NCBI GenBank assembly: GCA_973895155.1
Contig: OZ316895.1
Coordinates: forward strand, 10,900,184 to 10,964,183
Length of the DNA stretch: 64,000 nt
Origin: Marsupella aquatica
Taxonomy: Eukaryota; Plantae; Marchantiophyta
Reading direction: 5' to 3'
Part shown: positions 54,091 to 62,963 of the stretch, piece by piece
Layout: every line of letters begins with the position of its first letter
Numbering within the stretch: position 1 is the stretch's first letter
Translations under genes and position numbers: made by a program
Notes under the pieces: model-generated
Seen by the model: only the letters and a program-made list of their open reading frames with translations
Told to the model about the DNA's origin: nothing
The model's database searches: none

Positions 54091-55235
54091 ACAAGGTTAT
54101 AATACTCTAGAGTTTACATTCCAAAAATCTAACATTCAATACCACTTCAAAACAATATTTTCATAACTAGACCCTTCCACATGCTAACATTGTAATAATC
54201 CTTGCATTAAACTTCAATGTAAGTTTCCCATGACCAAACCCTTGCTTATTCACCCCACCTTCCTCATGATCTTCCACCCCTACTTATATTTCTAATAATT
54301 TTCCCATTTTACTTGTATGGAGGTTGAGAGAATGCTTTATATGTTGCTTACCAAGCTTATTTATTTTATTTTATTGCAATTAAATTGCCTTTTAAAATAT
54401 ACCTAATACCCAAGCTGGAGATTTTTCAAATATTGATTTTTTTCAAAGCCGACCTACTGCCCAAGTTCTTCTTATTCCTTAGGCACCATAAAGGGCATAA
54501 TCTAGTTATGTCAACATCCAAGCATGGATAGGTTTAGTTTAATAGAGTTGTTTGTGTCGAGAAGTGACATTACTCTTCACACGAGGCTTCACATACAAAA
54601 GTAACATAGATCATTGGATTCAAAACATCTAATGGTGTAAAAGTTCTTTTTGAGCTAAGAGACCACAAGAGTATTCACACACAAAATGAATCTGGATGGT
54701 TGGAGTCATAACATCTAATGGTAGGAAAGCTTATTTTTAGTTGAGAGGCCACACGAGCCTTCACACGAGTCTTCACACACAAAATGGATGTAGATGGTTG
54801 GATTCAAACCATCTAATGGCTGAATATTTACAGGGTGATGTGGAATTTTGACAGAATTTTCAGATTTACAGAAATCTCTAACTGGACCTGTAATAAATAG
54901 TGGATGCACTATTTTCAAAGGAAGAAGAAACTGTAAGCATTTACTTTGCAAAGATCAAGTCTTCCCTTGTACCATCGATCCATAGGAAGTGTCTTTCAAA
55001 TCTGGCGGGGCGTTTTGGGTAAAAACACCAAAATATAAATAATTAACCAAAACAATAAATATATTTCTTGACAAAAATAATAATACATGACACAAAAAAT
55101 AATACATGACACAACAAATAATACATGACACAAAACAATAATACATGACACAAAAAATAATAATAAGACAAAATCTGAAAGGTAAATTCAACCATATAGC
55201 AGTTTCAAATATAACAGCATCTTTTGTGCAGCACG

Positions 55236-55488
55236 CAGGATTGAACTTGTAATATATCAGATATAGAGGTTCACTAGGATCACTTAGAACAATTCTGTTA
55301 AATTACGTTGTCCACTATTGCCCACCCCTTCTCTCAAGAGAAAAGTTAGACATAAACATGCAGGATTGAACTTGTAACATATCAGATATAGAGGTTCACT
55401 AGGATCACTTAGAACAATTCTGTTAAATTACATCGTCCACTATTGCCCACCCCTTCTCTCAAGAGAAAAGTTAGACATAAACATGCAG
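55236..55488. repeat. 124-bp near-perfect tandem duplication
   Basis: gcaggattgaacttgtaa...agttagacataaacatgcag occurs twice. Confidence 0.9.
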
Positions 55489-55734
55489 AATTAAATAATT
55501 CCTCTCCAGAAAATGAGTTAAATGCTCGGTCTCAACCCTTTTGGTCCCATATAGTTACTGTACTTCAGTACTTGTTTACTTCCTGAAAGTAACAACTTGG
55601 CTCAAATATCTCAATGGTATATACCATAGACCTTAGGGTGCCCGGTTTGACCTTGCCCGTCAAACTGGGCGTTTGAGAGCGGCAAATTGACAACCCGGCA
55701 CCCGGGTTCGGAAGCAGTCCGGGAAAGGAAACGT

Positions 55735-56170
55735 CCGGTTCGGGGTTCGGGTTCGGGAGGAGGTTCGGGAGGAGGTTCAGGTGGGGGTCCGGGTGACTAA
55801 TCGGGTCCGGGTCCGGGGCGGAGGCGCTCGGTGGGGGCTCGGGGTGGGGTCCGGGTGGGGTTCGGGTCCGCTCAGTGGGGGTTCGGGGTGGGGTCCGGGT
55901 GCGGCTCGGGTCCGGGAGGAGGAGGTGCGGGGGGTTCGGGTGGGGGTCCGGGTGGGGTTTGGGTCCGGGTCCGAGGGGTTCGGGTTCGGGAGGTACGGGG
56001 GGTTCGGGTGGGGTCCGGGCCCGGGGCGGAGGCGCTCGGTGGGGGTTCGGGGTGGGGTCCGGGTGGGGTTTGGGTCCGGGAGGCCGGGGTGGGTCCGGGT
56101 GGGGATCGGGGTTCGGGGTCCGGTTCGGGGTTCGGGGTCCGGTTCGGGGTTTCAAAGTTCGGGGTTCGGG
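55735..56170. repeat. G-rich subterminal repeat array (GGGTTC/GGGTCC/GGGTGG)
   Basis: Dozens of short GGG-containing units, followed by a (GGA)n tract at ~56305-56402. Confidence 0.9.
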
Positions 56171-56184
56171 ATTGAGGCTCGGAG

Positions 56185-56410
56185 AATTAGGGTTTCGCGA
56201 TTTAGGGTTGGAGGATGGGGCCGGCCGGGAAAGGGTCGGGGGCTCGGGAGAGGATAAAAGGAGGAGATCCCTCCTCTCCCTCCTCATTTTCGGTTTTGCA
56301 GAAAGGAGGAGAGGAGGAGAGGAGGAGGAGGAGAGGAGGAGGAGGAGGAGGAGGAGGAGGAGGAGAGGAGGAGGAGGAGGAAGAGAAGAGGAGGAGGAGG
56401 AGGTAAGTGT
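56185..56410 (+). promoter_or_regulatory. Putative promoter/5' UTR of the cargo kinase transcript
   Basis: Telo-box-like TTAGGGTTT at ~56187, a GGA-rich leader, and a consensus donor AG|GTAAGT at 56403. A T-rich intron-like tract follows, with a candidate acceptor ttttag at 57004. Confidence 0.45.
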
Positions 56411-56511
56411 TTGGTTTTGGTTTTTATTTTTGATTTTTGGTTTGTTTTTATTTGTTTGTGTTTTGTTTTGTGATTTTTTAAGTTTTTTTTGTGTTTTAAA
56501 CCTTAACCTTA

Positions 56512-56907
56512 GAGCCAAATGGAGGGATATAAAGAAACACTTGTACGTGCACGCTTTGAGCCTCGGTTCGGTTTGCGATACTCCGTACAAGAATTTCTTA
56601 ATATCACCTTAACAATTTAGTCTCCTTTGTTCATTAAGTAAAACATTTGCGGAGATAGAGGAATCCATGTACGCATGCTTAGAGTTTCGGCTCGGTCTGC
56701 GATACTTTGCATGGATACCACGATTCACCGAGAATGTTTTTACTTGAATTACAAATGAGTGTTAAGTTATAGACACCAAATCACATATGTCGAAGCAGGA
56801 ATATAACAACTTTGAAAGAAAAGAACACTTTTGTGCGCATGCTTTGAGCGTCCACTCGGTCTGCGATATTTCACAAGTGTTGTCTTTCTCTTTTATTGTT
56901 GTTATAT
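56512..56907 (+). ncRNA. Array 1: three pre-miRNA-like hairpins sharing a 33-nt apical module
   Basis: Modules GCAYGCTTWGAG.(6).YTCGGTYTGCGATAY at 56549-56581, 56673-56705 and 56837-56869. Each is flanked by mutually complementary arms of ~35-45 bp that differ between copies. Confidence 0.7.
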
Positions 56908-57095
56908 AGAAAGGTAATTAAAATCATGTGTGCAATAAAAATACATAATGCATGGGAGAAATAAACCGGGAAAAGATAATAACAATACGACTTGTAATTT
57001 TTAGGTTGGTCGTTGAATCCTTATTGGAAGGATTTTATTTAAATCCCGGTAAGATCTTGTTCCTCCCTCACATATTCCTTTTGTGAAGGGAAAAC

Positions 57096-58750
57096 ATGGT
57101 CATCGAAAATTTTAGTTTAGAGTATAGGCAAGTGTTGGAGATGATCACAAAATATGTGAATGAGGGATATGAGCCAAATCTTGTTGCTCTGGATGCATTG
57201 AAGAACGCTCAAAACACTCTCGAACATGCTAGGAATTCTAGCAAAGTGGCCGGGAAACGAAAACGGAAGGGGGCAAACGAAGAGGCAAAACAGGTTCGAC
57301 ACAATGTGGTAGTGTCGATATGGAAAGAGATACTTTATCGCTACACTCAACCGAAACAGTATGGGGTGGACGGGTTCGAGAGGGAGTTCACAAGACACGG
57401 AGAGAAAGGATACAAGAACTTTCTTGGTGAGATAACCCGTTGTATGCGGGAAAGTGTACAAAAGGAGGATAATTTCACACGAGAGCAAATGAAGTCATTT
57501 GAAGATGAAACTGAGAAACCGGGAGGATTTCTGGAAAATTTGGCACTCAACTTGGAGAAGCATGTTTGGGATAATTTGGCAGCCAAAGTGGAAGAGGGTG
57601 ACACTACATTGCTTGGAAACCCCGGGATGTACACACACAAGAGAGAATTGCTAGTGAAGTGGAGTAAGGAGTTGGCAATGGCAAAATCTGATAGCAATGT
57701 CAAATATGCTAACGAGATTGTGCACTTTGGGGATGTCAGCATCAAAGTGCTCAAAAAGGAACATGTCCATCGCGTGTAGTTCCAGAGGTTAGGAGTATCC
57801 ATTTTCTTAAACCTGAGCAGGTGCACAACACACGTCGCATTGGGAAAGGAATCCAAGGAGATGTATACACTTGTCGTATATTACATTGTCCTCTCATTCC
57901 CGTCAACGTGACCTTAGTCGCAAAGCGGTTCAAGGATGGAGACCAGCATAAGAGACGAACTGACGCATTACAAGAAGTGCTTATGGGAGGACTAAATCAT
58001 AAGGGAATCGTTGGAGCTCTTGCGTTGACTATTGAGGATCCGCCAAAATTTATTTACGATCACTATAATGGAGGTGACTTGGGTAGCTTTATTGATAAGT
58101 GCGGCATATCGTCAAAGAGCAAGGGGAAGGCACAGATCACGACGGACCTTGATTTCAAGTTTATTTCGGAGAAGAAACTCTTGTTGGAGAATCGGTTGGG
58201 AATCGCCTTGGCTTTGCTGAAGACACTGCAATACTTGCATGAGCATGATCGATTTCATTGTGATCTTCACTTTGGAAACATCCTTCTTCATTTCGATCAC
58301 GAGCACGATGTGGCTATTAAGGTGTATGTTGGTTTATGTGATTTTGGCTTGTCTAAGCATAAATCACAGTGCAAATTACCAGCTAATCGGATGTGGCCCA
58401 CAGCAACAGAAAAAGCAGCAACATACCAAAAACAATTTCCACAGTTGGCTCCGGAGCTTGTTCAACCTACCCCTGTCGAGTTTAGTGAAAGTACCGATAT
58501 ATATGCTTTGGGGAATATTTTTGAGACATTATTGACAGAGAATTGGGATGGAATGTCTAAGGGTTCACGGTTTTTGGGGAGGGGTTGGAGTGCACAAGTG
58601 CATGGCCCCAAATTGGATATCATAATCCGTGAAATGATGGCCACGGATGCCAAGAAAAGAATGGATTGTGCTTTTTGGAGTTTGAAGATAGTTCGAACGT
58701 TTCCAGATTGCACATTGCATTTGCACAACAGTCCATATCTTAGAGATTAG
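57096..58750 (+). CDS. Protein kinase (TKL-like) with unknown N-terminal domain; two ORFs joined by an intron or a frameshift
   Basis: 57821-58750 has IGKGIQGDVY, VAKRF, E in helix C, HCDLHFGNILL, DFG, APE and DIYALG, so catalytic residues are intact. This ORF lacks an ATG. ORF 57096-57779 (ATG) joins it via a phase-0 intron (57735 or 57747 to 57820) or a frameshift near 57773. Confidence 0.85.
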
Positions 58751-58937
58751 AGATTAGGGTTTACACAATTTTGTAAAGGTCACCTTAACAATTATATGTT
58801 TATTCATTGTATGTCAATTACAATGTTCTGCATTTTGTTGATAATATTCTATCAAACTTTGTCGTGAATGCCCAAAATTGTGCTAAATGTGTTTGTACAT
58901 TGTCAAATATCGCAGACCTTTTGTACACATCGCAAAC

Positions 58938-60896
58938 ATGGGACGATGGGAATTGTCTTCTGATGATGAAGACAAAGAGTTCATGACACAACATCTTACC
59001 ATGCAAGATGGTCAAGGATCCTATTGTGACGATGAAGCTCTTTGTAATAATGTGTTGGATAATCTTACAACCATTGGCATTCACTATGAGGCTAAACCCA
59101 AGGTTGATGGAACACCGGCGCCAAACACAAGAAGATGGGAAGATGAGGGTATGAAGGATGAATGGAGTATATTAACGCCCAATGTAAATCCTCCCCATGA
59201 CGAATGGGCCATGAATGCAAAGGAATTGGAGATGTTGATGCCAAAGAAAGACTTTTGGCCATTAGCACAACAAGTTTTTCATGATCCGGATCTTTGGGCA
59301 ACAAGATCATGGGCGCAAGAAAAATTCACCATGTCCAAAGTAACACATGCAGGTGTTAAATCACATTGGCAGCAACGATATCGAGAGTTTGCTCCACACA
59401 AAGCCCAAACGAAAATGAGTTCCGTTTACCCTCCTTTTATCCGATGTCTGATTGCTGAATTCATTCTCAAGTGGAAGGTGGATTACTGTTGGGAAAACAG
59501 TGCTGGCAAGCTGACTCATCAGGTGCATCCATCAGTGGTTGCGATTGCAACGAATAGGAATACAACTATTGCAAAGGACCCTTCAATGGAGACTTCCAAC
59601 AAGGGATCCAAAAGAAAGCTAGATGACACTGGGGAGGGATATGCGCATGAGAAGGGGAAAGCGGCTGTACTTCCTCGAGTCTCCATGCCTGACCGTGCAG
59701 CACCACCAACCAATGTGGAGTCAATGCACACCAAAAAACCAATCCTTGTAGGTGTTGGGAGTAGAACTCCACATGCAAAGAACAACAATGTTACTGATGC
59801 TAACAAGGATAAGTTCAACCTGCACAACATATGCAAGAGCTTGGGGGCAGATGTTGCAGAGGTGATTGAGACAAATCTCCGCACGAAGTATGTAGTGGAG
59901 CTATGTGAATGTGGCAGCATCGAAAAGTTCAAGTCACAATTGCAACAAGCTGATATAAAGATGAGATCACTTGAGAAGAAGCAGAACGAGCCGACGACCA
60001 ATTCGGAAGTGATGTTGTACAAGTGTCAATTGTTTGACAAGATGGAAGAAATCAATAAGCTGACAAAACAACTTGCTGAAAAAGAGCGTCAATGCAATGA
60101 ACTGGCACGACTTGAGGAGAAGGACAAGATCATTAATGATCTTAAAAGTGAACTTGCAACGCAAGCAATCATCATATCAAATCTTCACGAAGAGGTGCAA
60201 GAATTTAACAATGGTGCTTTGGGGATGAGGTCAAACAAAGGGCAAGGTGAATTATCGTCGCCAAATTTTGTTAACATGCAAATCATAGATCCTACAGGGC
60301 ACAGCAACCTTTTTCCAGATGTGGAGGTTGACGCGGAAGGTATTGATAGGTTTTTTGATAAGTGGAAAAAGGATGAAACTATGACAGCATTTGTTCGTGA
60401 AAAGGATGACAAGTGTACTTGGTGCCTATATCCTTGGGGCCCTGAATCTGTTTCCATGTTGGGAACCTGCGGTCATATATGGCATCATGCTTGCTTGTCT
60501 AAATGGTTGAAGAAAAGCCGAAAATGTTGGTGTCGCACACCATTTCATGAACGCGAGTATGAGCAACGAGGATTGTTGAAGCAAATGCCATCAATGGAGA
60601 CTCAACAAAACACTGAAGATATGACTGAAGATATGACTGAAGATACTATACCGGCGATGCAAATAGATGAAACTCCCATTGAACATTTCACAATCAATGA
60701 ATATAATTTGTCAGATGGGGAATTTGACAGGTTGTTATTCAGTGGTCGACTCGATGAGTGGAAACAATATGCGGCAGCCAACCAGCCATCAATAGATGAG
60801 CAAAATTTGCAACGATCCATTCGGCGCCATCGACGACGTCAACAACAGGCAGAGGTGAAAATAGAAGCTGTTGACAATAACAACAAAAGGAACTAA
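58938..60896 (+). CDS. Coiled-coil + RING-H2-like protein (putative E3 ligase)
   Basis: Uninterrupted ~650-aa ORF from ATG 58938, with a heptad-rich segment (KFKSQLQQAD..EINKLTKQLAEKE..). RING-like motif CTWC..CGHIWHHAC..W....CWC, with the last Cys pair shortened. Confidence 0.8.
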   Translation: MGRWELSSDDEDKEFMTQHLTMQDGQGSYCDDEALCNNVLDNLTTIGIHYEAKPKVDGTPAPNTRRWEDEGMKDEWSILTPNVNPPHDEWAMNAKELEMLMPKKDFWPLAQQVFHDPDLWATRSWAQEKFTMSKVTHAGVKSHWQQRYREFAPHKAQTKMSSVYPPFIRCLIAEFILKWKVDYCWENSAGKLTHQVHPSVVAIATNRNTTIAKDPSMETSNKGSKRKLDDTGEGYAHEKGKAAVLPRVSMPDRAAPPTNVESMHTKKPILVGVGSRTPHAKNNNVTDANKDKFNLHNICKSLGADVAEVIETNLRTKYVVELCECGSIEKFKSQLQQADIKMRSLEKKQNEPTTNSEVMLYKCQLFDKMEEINKLTKQLAEKERQCNELARLEEKDKIINDLKSELATQAIIISNLHEEVQEFNNGALGMRSNKGQGELSSPNFVNMQIIDPTGHSNLFPDVEVDAEGIDRFFDKWKKDETMTAFVREKDDKCTWCLYPWGPESVSMLGTCGHIWHHACLSKWLKKSRKCWCRTPFHEREYEQRGLLKQMPSMETQQNTEDMTEDMTEDTIPAMQIDETPIEHFTINEYNLSDGEFDRLLFSGRLDEWKQYAAANQPSIDEQNLQRSIRRHRRRQQQAEVKIEAVDNNNKRN

Positions 60897-61401
60897 AACC
60901 AATAGTCTCTACATTTTGATGTTATTTTCATGTAGTTACTATTAGAGACATTTTGTTAAAATAGAAGCGGCATATCCTCTTTGACAATTATTTTCAACTT
61001 GTAATTGGTAAAGAGATTTTGGAGTGACATTACATTGCATATCTCGTTGAGTACATATATTTTTCATTGGGGGCATGGCGTCGCCTTTTGGAGAATGTGT
61101 ATTTTCGTAAGAATATTCCATCCTCCAATCAGCCATAGGTTTTGGAAGCATATTGTCGGGCTCACAATCATATTTTTGGACAAGTATGAGGAAAATAGAC
61201 GTGATGAGAGACGGTAGCACAGTGGACTCAGGTACTGATCCTTCTCTGAAATCATTTCCAAAAGGAGATCGTGTAGCACAATGAGTTCAACAAAGTCAAC
61301 ATCGCAATGGTTTTAGCCGCCCAAGTTGAGAATGATTTTGTAGAAGGATGTATACCTAAGTCCACTCACTTTTCCTGTCTTTCATAATTTTTTCCGCTAT
61401 T

Positions 61402-62727
61402 GCTGCTACGGCCAATGACATTCATGCACATGCGAACCGAGGCCAACGCCTACTCCTTTGCCCACCGCAAAAATGGGCCCTCATTACAACTTGAAGTTGA
61501 ACGGAGTTTATTTGAGTACAAGAGAAGTTCTGAAAGCAAATGCACTCTCAGGTCAAATTTTCAGGTCCTTCGAGCAAAAAATTACTGAGTATGTCATCGA
61601 TCCGTTGGTTTCACAACTTCTCTCGTACTCAAATAAACTCTGTTCAACTTCAAGTAGCGTAGCTGCTACGACCAATGACATTCATGCGCATGCAAACCGA
61701 GGCCAACGCCTCTACATTTGCCTACCCCAAAAATGGGCCCTGATTAGAACTTGAAGTTGAACAAAGTTTTTTTCATTAGGAGAAGGTTTATTCAAGCAAT
61801 GGCACTCTCAGGTCAATATTTCAGGTCCTCCTGACTTTGTTATTATTGAATATGTTCGTGCTCCGTTGCTTGAATAAATCTTCTGATAATGAAATGAACT
61901 GACCAATTACTGGAGTACGGCTGCTACGGCCTATGACATTAATTCGCACAATTGCATGTTTATATCCTCTCCTTTCCGAATTCCAATTCGAGCTTGGACA
62001 TCCTCTCGTCAGCTGGTCTCCACCATTGCAGTTGCTCTTCACGCAAACCAAGATAGCAGTCTCTAGAATCCTCGAACCTATTTTATTTCAATGCATCATT
62101 CATAGTGTTTGAGGAATCCAGAGGTTCGCGTGAGGAGCAACTGAAAGGGTGGAGACCTGCTGACGAGAGGGTGTCCAAGCTCGAATTGGAATTCGGACAG
62201 GAGAGGATATAAATGGGTGAACTTTGACTTGAAATTGGTGACTGTATTTTGCGTCTGCATATCAATTTGGTGACCGATCTTGCGGAATCCCCGTGACCGT
62301 GTCTGATCATCATCATGACATTGCTCTCCTTGGCCACCAATGGGCCCTCATTACAACTTCAAGTTGAACGGGGTTTATATGATTATGAGAAGGTTACTGA
62401 TTATGTAGGCGATGTGTTCATTTCACAACTTCTCTCATAGTCATATAAACTCTGCCCAACTTCAAGTAGTGCAGCTGCTACGGTCAACGACATTCACCCA
62501 CCCCAAAAATGGGCGCTCATTACAACTTCAAGTTCAACTAAGTTTATTTTATTACGAGAAGGTTTATTCAAGCAATGACATTCTCAGGTCCAATAATGAG
62601 GTCCTCTCGACCTCATTATTATTGAATATGACGGTGCTCTATTGCTGGACTAAATCTTCGCATAGTGAAATGAACTAACCAATTAATGGAGGGGGCTAGT
62701 ATGGACTACGGCTGCTATGGCCAACAA
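61402..62727 (+). ncRNA. Array 2: five long fold-back hairpins separated by a ~21-nt direct repeat
   Basis: Repeat GCTGCTACGGCCAATGACATT variants at 61402, 61662, 61920, 62474 and 62711 (partial at ~62315). Stem arms: 61489-61539/61605-61655, 61765-61802/61863-61900, 61959-62049/62123-62213, 62356-62395/62427-62467, 62541-62576/62641-62676. Confidence 0.72.
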
Positions 62728-62963
62728 CAAGGTACTTTGAAATAGTCAGTGTTGGAGATTTGGAAAACATGTTGCGTTGGTGTGTCTCTATGGCATTCTC
62801 AAATGCAAATACAAATAAATTATTCAATCATTGTACAATAATAAACACACTGCAAGACAATACAATCATGTTACAAAAAATATAATTGTTTATAATTTTT
62901 TCTATGTCAGATACGACAATATAAGAGTAGCAACACTTGATATTATCCTAATGAAAAGATGCT

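Noticed and set aside
55565-56612. Long Pro-rich and Gly/Arg-rich ORFs (341, 245, 158 aa)
   Set aside because: By-products of GGGTTC/GGA repeats that lack stop codons.
60942-61350. Possible third cargo gene on the minus strand
   Set aside because: Frames look protein-like but have internal stops and no recognisable motif.
61402-62727. CRISPR array interpretation
   Set aside because: Eukaryotic context, no cas genes, degenerate repeats, and ~230-nt self-complementary, partly homologous intervening units.
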